Made by a program: the position numbers and the translations under genes. The notes beneath the pieces are model-generated. The model was not told where the DNA came from. It ran no database searches and worked only from the letters and a program-made list of their open reading frames with translations. Shown in pieces: positions 32,749 through 44,934 of a stretch of DNA of 61,125 nt (position 1 is its first letter; each line of letters begins with the position of its first letter). The DNA is from an uncultured Gemmatimonadaceae bacterium. GTDB taxonomy: Bacteria; Gemmatimonadota; Gemmatimonadetes; Gemmatimonadales; Gemmatimonadaceae. Location: the NCBI GenBank assembly GCA_963829055.1, contig CAWHHI010000007.1:1-61125 (forward strand), written 5' to 3'.

Positions 32749-33675
32749 GTGAATCCTTGCGCCGTGTCGGGAGACTGGTACGTTGGCAGGGTGGCCGAGC
32801 CAATTGCAACCACGAGCCGAGCGGCTGAAGGAGCCAACTTGTCGTCACGCAGACCGCGCGACGACGAGATCGATTTCTTTGGCATCACGCACCCGGGCAA
32901 GGTCCGGAAAGACAACCAGGATCACTACCTCGTCTCCACGCTGCACAAGACCGCGCGTGTAAAGGCGACGAGTCTTCCGAACCCGGAGCTGTTCGAGCTC
33001 CCGAGTCAGCGCATCGCGTCGTTCGGGATGGTGGCGGACGGCGTCGGCGGACACACAGGCGGCGAGACGGCGAGTCGCGCTGCGGTGGAAGCGATCGCGG
33101 AGTACGTGAAGGAGACGATGAACGCGTTCTACGCCGCCGACGAAAGCGACGAGAGCGCGTTCTTCTCAGCGCTCGAGGACGCGGCCGCGGCGTGCCATCA
33201 GGCGGTCATCCAGCGCGCGCACGACAGCGGACAGCCGACGGGCGCGACGACGCTCACGCTGTTCGTGGCTGTCTGGCCGAGCCTCTACCTGCTGCACGTG
33301 GGGGATAGCCGCTTCTACCTGTACCGGGGTGGCGCGCTGCAGCGCCTGACGCGCGACCAGACGATGGCGCAGGACCTCGTCGACTCGGGCGTCCTCGCGA
33401 AGGAGCAGGCGGTGCGGAGCCCGCTCGCGCACGTGCTCACCAGCTCCATCGGCGGAAGCGAAACACGGCCGGACGTCTCGCGCGTCGAGCTGACCCGTGG
33501 CGACGTGCTGTTGCTCTGCACGGACGGTCTCACGAAACACGTCTCGGACGACCGCATTGCCGATCGCCTGCGGGAGATGACGTCGGCGGAGCAGGTGGCG
33601 CGCGCACTGGTCGACGACGCACTCGCTGGCGGTGGCATCGGACAACGTGACGGTCCTGGTGGTCGGAGGCGTTAG
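32749..33675 (+). CDS. PP2C-family Ser/Thr protein phosphatase
   Basis: THPGKVRKDNQD, VADGVGG, HVGDSR, LCTDGL; terminal DN motif displaced by a frameshift. Confidence 0.92.
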   Translation: MNPCAVSGDWYVGRVAEPIATTSRAAEGANLSSRRPRDDEIDFFGITHPGKVRKDNQDHYLVSTLHKTARVKATSLPNPELFELPSQRIASFGMVADGVGGHTGGETASRAAVEAIAEYVKETMNAFYAADESDESAFFSALEDAAAACHQAVIQRAHDSGQPTGATTLTLFVAVWPSLYLLHVGDSRFYLYRGGALQRLTRDQTMAQDLVDSGVLAKEQAVRSPLAHVLTSSIGGSETRPDVSRVELTRGDVLLLCTDGLTKHVSDDRIADRLREMTSAEQVARALVDDALAGGGIGQRDGPGGRRR

Positions 33676-33696
33676 GCGGTCAGTGACGCGGGCGAC

Positions 33697-36353
33697 CTAC
33701 CGAGATCCGACGAGCTTCTGAAAGTCTGCGCGGCCGCGGAGCGGATCCCATAGCGGGTCGAGCCTGAGTAAGGCGGCATTCAGCACAGATGGGTCGGTCA
33801 TCGCGGCGCCTATCCGAGTCACAGCGCAGTCGTACTCCCGCGCCAGGACGCAGGCCTCGGCCATCAGTTCGTGGTCTATCGGGTTCAATGGACGTTGCGC
33901 ATCGCTCACCAGGCGATTGATCTCCCGCATCGCTCCTTGGTGGTTCCCTGATCCCGCCAAACCCAATACCCATATGGCGTGATACGTGGCGCCCGGCATC
34001 CCGCCGCGACGTACCCGAGCGTCCGCCCAGCTCGCAACGGAGTCATAGTACGCGCGGGCCTTCGTCGTATCGGTTTGGTAGGCGATCGCCTTCGTGAGAT
34101 AGAAGTCGACGGAATCCAGCCCGAACGTGTCCCACCCAATGCTTCGGAGGGCTGGAGCATACTCACCGGCAAAAATGCGGTGCATCCGAATATAGTTCGA
34201 GTTTTGCGACACTTCGAACAAGACTGCGTTGAGCCCGGCTTGCCGAATTGCCTCCTGAATGACGGCTCGAGCTGGCTCAACTTGCCCGCGCGTGAGCTTG
34301 GTCCACGACGCTTCATCGCGTAGTAGCTCGTTGTCCGCGGCGATAGGGCGATCGCGCGCGTGTAGTATGCCTCTGCCTGTGAGAAGTCTCCGGCTTGATC
34401 AAATGCGTCGCCCACGCCAGCTAACATCGCTGGATTTCGCGGGTCGAGCTCCGCGGCTCGCTCCAGGTCATGAAGACCTGCCGCCCTGTCGCCGGCGTCG
34501 AAGCGCGCCCACCCGCGGTCGGCAAAGGACTGCGCATCGGTCGGATTGCCACGTGGAGTGCCCAGCTGACGCTCTTCGCGCGCGCGAGATGTGTCACGAG
34601 TGACATTCGCATAGTACCACGCGAGCACCCTGTGAGCCCCCGACAATTTCGGATCGAGAGCCAGGGCCGTCTCCGCGGCCTTCCTCGCCATCTCGCCGCG
34701 TTGCGTGAGCGTGAATCCGCTGGGAAGGCTCAGATCATAGCTGGTGGTACATCGCCAGGTGCATCCACGCGATCCCGAGGTGCGCCAGTGCGAAGGACGG
34801 ATCGAGGCGTACGGCGTCCTCATAGTATTGGAGCGCCTCTCGCTGGTGCTCCCAGTCGCCCGCGTCCTTCGCTGCCTGCGCGCGGAGAAAGTAGTCGTAC
34901 GCCTGCATATTCTCGGTGGGTTTGGCTCTCACGGCCGTTCGTTCGGGGGCCAACAGTGTGACACTCAGCGCGTCGGCGACCCGCTCGGCGATCTCGCTCT
35001 GCATGTCGAGGATTGCCGAGCCATATGGCTTGTCATAGCGCTCGGTCCACATGGTCCGGCCGTCGCTCGCCCGGACAAGCTTCGGCGTTATGCGGACGCG
35101 ACGACTTGACGGTTGCGTCTCGTAGCGGACCGTCCCCGTCATCAGGTAGTCCGCGCCCAATTCCTTCGCGATCTGCGAGATACCCTTGGTCGTCTTCTTG
35201 TACTGGTTGCTGCTCGTCGGCGCGACCAGCGCGAGACCCGACACCTGTGCGAGCCGGCTTGTCAGCTCATCGGTCATGCCTTCGGCAAAATACTCCTCCG
35301 CCGCCGCTCCGATATTCTCGAGGGGCAGGACTGCGAGCATCGGCATACGTGCAACGGTGGGCGTTCCGCCTTCTCGACCCCATTTGAACGCATAGGCGAG
35401 CGCGGCGATGAGGGCGATTGCGGCGACTGCGATCACAATGCGCGTATTCGACCGCGAGAATGCCTAACGCACGTCCGCCGCTGGCATCACGGGCCGGGGT
35501 GCCCATGCCTGGGGTTGCCATCGCCTCGAGCTCGTGCTGGATCTCGTCTACCCGCTGCCAGCGGTCCGCCGGTTTCTTCTCCAGACAGCGCATCACGAGC
35601 GCCGCGAGTTGAGCCGGGATCGCCGTGCGATGGTGTGTTATTGGTTCCGGCGCCTGCGTCATGTGCGCCGACGCGAGCATCTGTACGGTCGAGCCGACGA
35701 ACGGAGGTCGACCCGCCAACATTTCGTACGCCATCACGCCGAACGAGTAGATGTCGGCGCGCAAGTCCGTCGCGGGATCGGCCGCTATCTGCTCGGGCGC
35801 CATGTAGACGGGCGTGCCGTGCGCCACGCCGGCGGTCGTGATCTGCTCGCTGCCGGTAGCTTCACGCACCGCCTTGGCGATTCCGAAGTCTGTCACGACC
35901 GCGTGCTGACCACGCAGGAGCACGTTGTCGGGTTTGATGTCCCGATGGACGACTCCCTGGGCGTGTGCCTCGGCAAGGGCGTCCGCCACGTCACGGAGGA
36001 TTCGTACGGCATCAGCCAGCGGCAACTCGTGTTCGCGGGCGAGCTTGCTGCGCAGCGACTCACCGTCCACGAACGGCATCACGTAGTACAGAAAGCCGGC
36101 GGCCTCGCCGGAATCGATGAGCGTCAGGATGTGAGGATGCTGCAGGTGCGCGGCGATCTCGATCTCCCTCAGGAATCGCGCTCCACCGACGACCGCCGCG
36201 AGCTCGGGAATGCAGCACTTTGATCGCGACCGAGCGATTGTGCTTCAAGTCGCGCGCGAGGTACACCGTCGCCATACCGCCGCGCCCAAGCTCGCGCTCG
36301 ACCGCGTAGCGGTCGGCGAGGGCGGCACGAAGTGGTTCGACGGCAGGAGTCAC
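33697..36353 (-). CDS. Ser/Thr protein kinase with TM, TolB-N-like and TPR domains (frameshifted)
   Basis: [54 protein letters not shown]; TPRs; [11 protein letters not shown]. Confidence 0.9.
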
Positions 36354-36562
36354 TGGTACGTTGACGATGAACGTTTCAACGCCCGGCCGATAGACCTACC
36401 TTCGCGCAAAGGCCAGCCGGTTGCCGCCTGAAGACGCCGGTGACGAGCGGTCGTGATCGGTCTTGAGCGCGCCAGTGCGAGCCGTCGTGCGGGAACATCG
36501 CGGTCGCGTGGGACAACGTGTACAACCTGACGCATCGTACACTAGCCGAACGCGTAGAGGAG

Positions 36563-36593
36563 AAAGGGGTCAGAACAAATGGTTCTGACCCCT
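36563..36593. repeat. GGGGTCAGA-type palindrome (REP/terminator)
   Basis: AAGGGGTCAGAAC-AAATG-GTTCTGACCCCTT directly after the aminotransferase; related to 52686-52751. Confidence 0.75.
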
Positions 36594-36596
36594 TCT

Positions 36597-37802
36597 TCAT
36601 TTTGCGCTAGCCGTCTTGAACGCGGTCTTCTGCGCCATGATGTCCCGGAACGCCACCATGAACCGGTTCATCTCCTCCGGCGTCCCAATCGACACGCGGA
36701 GATGCTCGTTGAGCGGCGGGAACGGACGACCCACCAGCACGCCCTTCTTCTTGAACTCGTCGATCACCGGCACGATCGGGCGCTTGAGGTTCACCATGAA
36801 GAAGTTCGTGTCCGACGGAATCGACTGGTAGCCTAACGCGGCGAGATCCTTGATCGTCTTCTCGCGGAGCGTGATCGTCGTCTTCTTCACCCACGCCTGC
36901 GATTCCGTGTCGCGAAGCGCCGCGACGCCGCCGTACTTCACGATCGCGTTGATGCTCCCCGTGCTGTAGGGACGCATCCGCTGGATCAGCCCCTTCGGCG
37001 CCAGCGCGTAGCCGAGCCGCATGCCGGCGAGCGCGGCGATCTTCGAGAACGTGCGCGCGACGATCACCTGCCGTCCCTCGAGCACGTACGGCACCGACGT
37101 CGCGTAGCTCGGGTCATCGACGAAGTGATGGTACGCCTCGTCGATGAGCACCGGCACATCCTCCGGGACGCCGTCGAGGAACTGCTTCACCTCGTCCTTC
37201 GTGATGAGCCGGCCCGTCGGGTTGTTCGGGTTGCACAGATAGACGAGGCCGACGTCGCGAGCGTTCGCGCGCGTCGCGTGCATCATCGCCGGGATGTCCT
37301 GCCGGAAGTCGGGGAGCAGCGGGACCTTGATGATGTCCGCCTTGAGCGCCGTCGCGTGCGAGTAGAAGATGTTGTACGACGGGTCCGCGCCGACGAGCAT
37401 GCGGTCGTCCTGCAGAAACGTCGTGCCGCGACGTCGAGAATCTCACCGGAGCCGGCGGCGAGCAGGACGTTCTCGGGCTTCACGCCGTGGTGCTTCGCGA
37501 TCTCGTCGACGATGCCGCCGTCGGGATAGCCGTAGCGATTCGAGTACTTCATCGCGTGCGTCATCGCCTTCATGACGGACTCGGGCGGACCGTACGGGTT
37601 CTCGTTGTTCGCGAGCTTGGCGTAGCCGTCGTAGTCCTCCTCGGGGCCGAACGCGAACGGCCGAACCGTGGCTCGCCGCTGGAGCCCGCAGTCGTGCGCC
37701 GCGTGCCCACAGGTCCGCGCGCGGCGCGAGCCCCATGGCGCCTAACGCGGTTGCGACGCCACCAACGAACCCTCGCCGAGACACGCCGGATCTCTTCGCC
37801 AT
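36597..37802 (-). CDS. HisC-like PLP aminotransferase with Tat signal (frameshifted)
   Basis: SRRGFVGG Tat motif; LANNENPYGP, YLCNPNNPTG, IDEAYHHF, RTFSKIAALAGMRLGY. Confidence 0.88.
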
Positions 37803-37959
37803 CGCTCCCTCCGTCCAGGGCTGGAACCGCCGTCGGACCACCTGCCGACCCCTCTAACCTCGTCATCGTGACGACTCACCGCAACTCGGTCCGGTTCCGA
37901 ACCCGATCTGTCCTCCGAACGCCTTGTCCAGTTCCCGACGCCGAGCGTATACTCGGCCA

Positions 37960-38570
37960 ATGACCCATCCACTGCCCAGCCGCCCAATGACGCTCGAGGA
38001 GTATTTCGACTTCGAGGAGCGGAGCCGAACTCGGCACGAATACGTCGACGGCGAAGTGTTCGAGATGAGCGGCGCGACCCGCCGTCACAATGCCATCGTC
38101 GGCAACGTGTACATCCGATTGCGAACCGCAGCGCGCGGTGGCCCGTGTCGCGTGCACTTCGCCGAGGTCAAGCTGCGCGCGGGCCGCGGTCATGTACTAC
38201 CCGGACGTGATGGCGGCGTGCGGCGCTCCGCCGGCGGACGAGCGTCTCGAGGATACGCCGAGTCTCGTCGTCGAAGTGCTGTCGCCGTCCACACAGTCCA
38301 CGGACCGCCGCGAAAAGCTGATGGTCTACAAGGGAATCGCCAGCCTCAACGCGTACCTGATCATCGATCAGATGCAGCGCCAAGTCGACCGACACTGGCG
38401 GGACGCCACGGGCGAGTGGCGGCACGACGTGATCGTCGAATGGCGCCGTCCCGGTGTCGTTCGGATCAGTGAGCCTGACCATGACGCTCGACGAGATCTA
38501 CGAGGGCGTGGTGTTCCCCACGCCTGAAGAGCGGCTGCGACTTCGCGAGGAAGAGGCCGTATACGGGTAG
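37960..38570 (+). CDS. Uma2-family endonuclease-like protein, copy 2 (frameshifted)
   Basis: RHEYVDGEVFEMSG, YYPDVM, VEVLSPSTQSTDRREK; C-terminus similar to copy 1. Confidence 0.9.
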
Positions 38571-38659
38571 AACGGGGGCACCCTATTCCTTCTGCCGGGC
38601 CAACGTGGTAGAGCCGGGTGCTCGACAAAGCCGAGGCGCTTCGGACGGTCGAGCGTTAG

Positions 38660-38878
38660 GCATCGCGGCAGGGCTTGGCGAGTACCAAGTGCGTCAGCGA
38701 CTGCTCAGCAGCAGGTGTCAGGCATCAGGCCCCGTATCCGCCGGCTTGGGTCGCGCGCTTGGCGTCGCGCTGGGTCGCGGCGGACTGGTTACTGGGCTCG
38801 GAGACTGACGCCTGACACCTCCTACTCAATGCTGGCGTGCTGAGCCACTGGCCAAGCCGCCGCGAAGGTGCCAGTACA
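38660..38878. repeat. ~220-bp dispersed long-hairpin element, copy 1
   Basis: Core AGGTGTCAGGCATCAG..CTGACGCCTGACACCT; reverse-complement homolog at 54362-54560. Confidence 0.8.
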
Positions 38879-38895
38879 AACGTTAGTCCAGCCGC

Positions 38896-39808
38896 TCAGT
38901 GCTTCGACAGTCTCCTGGTAGAGGATGCGGAGGAACCGCTCACGGTTGGCTGGCCATGCCGCGTCGTATTCCGCCGTGATCTTCGACGCGAGTACCTGCT
39001 CGATCGTGTGCTTCGCGGCGATCTCCTTGCGCATGCGGTCGCGCAGCACGTACAGCATGTCGTGATACTCCTTCACTCGCGCGCGGTCTGTGAGCGGCCC
39101 GTGGCCGGGGATGATTTTCGTCTGCGCGTTCGTTGTGACCATGATGCGTTCGGCCGCGCGGATGATGCCGTCGATCGAGCCTCCGCTCGAAAGGTCGACG
39201 AAGGGGAAGCCGGCGCTGACGAAAACGTCTCCCGTATGAACCACGTTCGCCTTCGTGAAGTAGACGATGGCGTCGCCGTCCGTGTGGGCCGGCGCGACGT
39301 GGAAGACGACGATCGAGTCGCCGTTCAGGTGGAACGTCACCGTGTCCGTGAACGTCACGACCGGCAGCGCACCGTGCGGCGACGCGGGCTCCGTGCGGTT
39401 GAGCGCTTCGATGAGCTGACCGGTGGACATCCGTCGCCGGACGTTCTCGTGGGCGAAGATGAGCGCACCCGCCTTGCCCATGTTCTCGTTGCCGCCCGTG
39501 TGGTCGAAATGCCAGTGCGTGTTCAACACGAACTTCACGGGATCGGGTGTGATCGCCTTGATGGCGGCGAGCACCTTGGGCGTGAGCGGCGCGAACTGAT
39601 CGTCGACGACGAACACCGCGTCGTTGCCGACGACGAGGCCGATGTTCCCACCCGCTCCCTGCAGCATGTGAACGCTGCCCGCAACGAGAACGGAGCGGAC
39701 CTGTATGGTGTCGAAGTTCTGCGCACGTAATGACGGCGCCACACCGAGGAGAAGGACACCCGCGACGAGACGACCGATGCGTCGGGGACGGAGCAGCGAG
39801 TTGGTCAT
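38896..39808 (-). CDS. Metallo-beta-lactamase fold hydrolase (cyclase-like), secreted
   Basis: NTHWHFDHTGGN, AHTDGD, HTGD, IPGHG; true stop probably near 38896 after an indel. Confidence 0.9.
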
Positions 39809-40156
39809 AGGCTTGTGCGCGTGGCCGAGGGTGTGGGCTCAAAATGTCGCCATGAGGCCGCCTCGGCGATAGGCGACTCGATAGTGGAGCGGGTGTGAGT
39901 TGTTGAGAGCAGGCGTTCTGGCCTCATTGCCGGAATTGGCAATGCACGGCGCCTCTCGCCCACCGCAGGGGGATTCGCCTTGCCAATTCCGGCAATACGG
40001 CCTGCCTCGCCTGCTCTCAACAACTGGCTCTCAATCCACCAACGGACTGCGTCTCCGCCACCGATCACTGGCTCTCGCGGCCTCGCCCGCGCAGACTGTA
40101 GCGAACGCGATTCGCGGTTTCCACACACGTCACTGTCACAGTCACTGAGCGCCGCG

Positions 40157-41583
40157 ATGACCGCTTCGGGGGACCGGGCAACCGCATCAGAAGGTGGGGC
40201 GCCCGCCGGGCCGTCGGTGGTGCGCGGTAAGCGAGTGCTGACTGCCGACGGCATCCGGCCAGCAACGGTTCACATCGCAGACGGGCGCATCATCCGCGTT
40301 GGAGATCTCAACGAGGCGGTTCCGCGGTCCACGGACGTCGTCGACGCCGGCGACCTCGTGGTCATGCCCGGGCTCGTCGACACGCACGTCCACGTGAACG
40401 AGCCGGGTCGCACGGATTGGGAAGGATTCGAGACCGCGACGCGCGCGGCGGCGGCCGGCGGCGTGACGACGCTGCTCGACATGCCGCTCAACTCGATCCC
40501 CGCCACCACGAGCGTGACGGCGCTGCACGCGAAGGCGACCGCGGCGCAGGGGAAGACGTGGGTCGACGTCGGGTTCATTGGCGGTGTCGTTCCCGGCAAC
40601 GCGTCGGCGTTAGGCGACCTCGCACGCGCCGGCGTGCTCGCGTTCAAGTGCTTTCTCGTCCCATCCGGCGTGCCGGAGTTCGCGCACGTGACGCGAGCCG
40701 GATCTGCGCGAAGCGATGCCGGTTCTCGCCGAGCTCGGGCTACCGCTCATGGTGCACGCCGAGCTGCCCGAGGTCATCGAGGCGGCGACGCTCGAGGCGA
40801 CCGCGGGCGATCCGACGAAGTACGCGACCTATCTGGCGTCGCGTCCCGCCGCGGCCGAGCACGAGGCGGTCGCGCTCGTGATCGAGCTGGCGGAGGTCAC
40901 CGGTGCTCGCGTGCACATCGTGCACGTGTCGAGCGCGCAGACGGCGCGTCATGGTGGCGTCACGCGCGCGAGCGTGGCGTGCGCATCATCGGCGGAGACG
41001 TGCCCGCACTACCTCTGGTTCGACGCCGACCGAGATTCCCGACGGCGCCACCGAGTACAAGTGCGCGCCGCCGATTCGACGCCGCGACGACCGCGACGGG
41101 CTGTGGTCCGCGCTCTCGTCACGGCGAGCTCGACATGATCGTCTCCGACCACTCGCCGTGTCCGCCGATCCTCAAGCGGCGCGACGTCGGCGACTTCTTC
41201 GTGGCGTGGGGCGGGATCGCGTCGCTCCAGCTCGGAGTCGCCGTGGTGTGGACGGCCATGCGCGAGCGCGGATCTGCCGATCGAGCGGCTCGTCGAGTGG
41301 ATGAGCGCCGCGCCGGCGACGCTCGCCGGGCTCGAGCGAACGGAAGGGAGCGCATCGCGCCGGGCTACGATGCCGACCTCGTCCTCTTCGACCCCGATGG
41401 GAGCTTCACGGTCCGCGCGGACATGCTCCTGCACAGACACCCGCTGACGCCGTACCTTGGTGCAGCGCTTCGCGGGACGGTCGAAGCGACGTACGTTCGT
41501 GGAGTGCTCGCGTACGATCGACGCACCGGACCCGCGCGATACTCCACCGGGAGAGCTCCTTCTTCCAGCTCGCATCGTCATGA
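40157..41583 (+). CDS. allB: Allantoinase (frameshifted)
   Basis: DTHVHVNEPGRTDWEGFETAT.AAAAGG.TT..DMPLNS, HAE, ETCPHYL, KCAPPIR, SDHSP, AWGGIASLQ. Confidence 0.92.
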
Positions 41584-42606
41584 CCGACCGATCCGCACAG
41601 TTCACGGACCTGATCGATCTCGCCGCCGAGCGGGCCGGCGCGTTCGGTGCTGCTGGCGAACGATGAGTTCTTCGCGCCGAAGGAGGCGCTCCTCAAGGCG
41701 ACGCCGGCCGAGTGGCGCGAGGGCGTGTACACGGAGCGCGGGAAGTGGATGGATGGATGGGAGACGCGTCGTCGCCGCACGCCAGGCTACGACTGGTGCA
41801 TCGTTACGGCTCGGGATCCCCGGCATCATCCGCGGCGTCGTCGTCGACACGAGCTTCTTTCGCGGCAACTATCCCGAGTCGTGCTCGATCGAGGCGGCCA
41901 CGGTGGACGGGCATGCCCGACCGCCGAGACGATCGCGAGCGAACGCGCACGTGGACGGAGATCCTGCCGCGATCACCGCTGCAGGGCGACGCGCGGAACC
42001 TGTTTGCCGTGGCATGCCGCGACGCCGTTCACGCATCTCCGGCTCAACATCTTCCCCGACGGCGGCGTCGCGCGCCTCCGCGTTCACGGGGAGGGCGTAC
42101 TTCGACCCGGCGCGTCACCATCCGGGCTCCGAGGTCGATCTCGCCGCGGCCGAGAATGGCGGTCAGGTGCTGCTCGTGCAGCGACATGTTCTTCGGCAAC
42201 CGGCACAATCTCATCATGCCGGGCCGGTCGACGCACATGGGCGACGGCTGGGAGACGCGTCGTCGGCGCGGACCAGGACACGACTGGACGATCGTGAAGC
42301 TCGCGACGCGCGGCACGCTGCACCGCATCGAGATCGACACGGATCACTACAAGGGGAACGCGCCGGGCCGGTGCATGGTCGAAGCGTGTGACGCGCGCGT
42401 CCGTGCCTAACGCGGACATCCGGCACTCGCGAGCCGCGTCGGGGCGTGGCACGCAGCTCGTGCACGAGACGCCGCTCCAGCCGCACGCTCGGCATCGGTT
42501 CACCGATCTCGCGCACCACGGGCCGGCGACGCACGTCCGGCTCAACATCTATCCGGACGGCGGCATCGCGCGGATGCGGCTGTACGGGATGCCGGAGCGC
42601 GCGTGA
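41580..42606 (+). CDS. alc: Allantoicase (frameshifted)
   Basis: Two DGWETRRRR repeats, DTSFFRGNYP, HLRLNIFPDGGVARLR, HYKGNAP. Confidence 0.93.
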
Positions 42607-43165
42607 GCGAGGCGCCATCGGTGTCGGCCGGTGTCGCGGCATTCGATGCGCTGTCGCCGATACGAGGCGGCGCTGCTGCTCGGAGACCTGCTGCGGATCG
42701 CGACGCGTGGGTCGCAGGGAATGCTCGAGCGTCGCCCGTTCGGCACGCTGCACGTGATGCTGCGACGAGGCCGAAGAGCTCTGGTGGTCGCTCGCGCCGG
42801 ATGACTGGCGCGAGGCGTTCGACCATCATCCGCGCATCGGCGAGCAGTCGGCGGCGGCGCCGCAGTCCGCGCAGGCGCGGCGCTGGTCCGCGGACGAGCA
42901 GCGCGGCGCGGCGTCGGCAGCGACGAGGACGTCGTCAGGCGCTGGCGGAGGGGAATCGCGAATACGAGCGGCGGTTCGGGCACATCTATCTCGTGTGCGC
43001 GACGGGCAAATCGGCGGAGGAGATGCTGGCGCTGTTGCGCACGCGCCTGACGAACGATCCTGCGACCGAGCTTCGCGTTGCGGCCGGCGAGCAGGCGAAG
43101 ATCACGCGGCTCCGGCTCGAGAAGCTGTTCGCGCTCGATCTCCGAACGCCGGCGCGAGCAATGAT
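42603..43165 (+). CDS. uraD: OHCU decarboxylase (frameshifted)
   Basis: WREAFDHHPRIG, NREYERRFGHIYLVCATG, EQAKITRLRL. Confidence 0.9.
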
Positions 43166-43510
43166 CTCGACACACGTGCTGGACACGTCGCGCGGTCAGC
43201 CGGCGGCGGACGTCCGTGTCATCCTCGAGCGGCTCGCGGTGGAAGCGGCGTCGACGCGCGAGATGACTCGCGCGCGAGACGGACGCGGATGGCCGCGTGC
43301 GGGAGCTCGTTCCCGGATGGCGCTCGCTCGGGGTGGGGCGATATCGTCTCACGTTCGATACGGGCGTCGTATTTCGCGTCGGCTAGGCGTCGAGCCGTTC
43401 TATCCGGCCGTGGTGGTGTGTTCGATCGGTTCGGGACACGAGCGCAGCACTATCACGTGCCGTTGCTGCTCGAGCCCGTACGGCTACTCGACGTATCGAC
43501 GGGATCGTAG
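43161..43510 (+). CDS. uraH: 5-hydroxyisourate hydrolase (frameshifted)
   Basis: ISTHVLDTSRGQPAA, FYP, HYHVPLLL.PYGYSTYRGS. Confidence 0.92.
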
Positions 43511-43679
43511 GACGGCCTCGAGTGCATTGCTCCGAGGCGTTGCCGATCGGCCGCTGGCGACGTCGTCCGGCGCGATCGGATCGGCCATTCAGCGTCCGGT
43601 CGACACCGTCTGCGGATGAAGCCCTGGTCTCCGCAGATCGCATTGCCGTTGCGCACTGCACGCTCGCTGTACGCTGCGC

Positions 43680-44914
43680 GCCTGCCCGTCGAGCGCGCTC
43701 CGCAGCGTCGATCCACCGGGCGAGCAGCGCCCGCTCGCGATCCGTCATGTGCGTGCGGTTGCCTAACGGCATCGTCCGCGTCTCGACCGCTCGCACGCGG
43801 ATGCGCGCCGCCAGCGCCTGAATGCGCGCCGGGTCGTCGAACGACACGCCACCCGGCGCGGCCCCGAACTCGGTGATCGACGGAGTCGCCGAGTGGCATG
43901 CAGCGCAACGGCGGTCGACGATCGATCGCGCATCGGCGAACGTCACCTGCGCCGGGAAGCGCGCCGCCGCACCGATCGCCGCCGTCGAACCGGACGGCTC
44001 AGCCGGTTGGCGGCCAACGATCGAGCAGCAGCGCAAACCCGGCCGCCAGCGTCAGGCCCAGCGCTGGCACCCACTGCGCGAACGTGAAGCGAATGTTGAG
44101 TATGTGCCGAACCGCCGCGCCGATGGCGATCAGCACGAGCAGCAGCAGCCAGCTTCGCGGGTGACCGTAGACGCCCGGAAAGTGATTGCTCACCATCAGC
44201 ACGATCACCGGGAACGTCAGATAGTTGTTGTGGATCGACCGCGTCTTCGCCGTCTGGCGCCACCGCCGGATCCGGCGGGCGCCCGGCCGTCACCGCGTCC
44301 ACCAGCACGCGCTGCGACGGCATGATCGTCAGCGCGACGTTGCCCGCCATGATCGTCGCGAGCAGCGCTCCGACGTGCAGGAACGCCGCGCGCCCACTGA
44401 GCAGGCTCGTTAGGCCGATACACGATCGGCAACGAGCGCGGCGAGCGACAGCTGCCGCCGGCGGCCGTCGCGGAACGCCGGCGCCACGAACCGTCCACAG
44501 CCATGTCGTACATCGAGCCAGCCGACCACGATGCTGCCCAATCCCGACGGCCATCGCGACGCCAGGCGCGAGCGCGACCTTCGACGGATCCGTCAGCAGC
44601 GCACGGCCGCCGACGTAGTAGACGACGAGCAGCAGCGCGACGCCGCTCAGCCACGTCGTGTACGCCTGCCACTTGAACCAGTGCAGCGGCCGCGGCATCG
44701 GCTGGCCGGCGAGCGACGTCTTCTCGACGAAGTAGAAGGCGCCGCTGTGGAGGAGCCAGATGTCGCCGTAGAGCTCGGGCGCGCCGCGCGCCGACGGCCG
44801 CAGGTTGCGGTCGAGCCAGTTGAACAGCAGCGAGTTGCCGATCCACATGATCCCGGCGATGACGTGCACCCACCGGAACGACGAGGTCGAGCAGCTCGAG
44901 CAGATGTGCGACAT
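43680..44914 (-). CDS. puuD: Urate hydroxylase PuuD with C-terminal cytochrome c (frameshifted; 3' end approximate)
   Basis: RWVHVIAGIMWIG, LHWFKWQAYTTWLSG, SGRAAFLHVGA, SIHNNYL, SNHFP, RCAACH..MPLGN. Confidence 0.9.
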
Positions 44915-44934
44915 GCGTGCGGTCGATACGCTGG

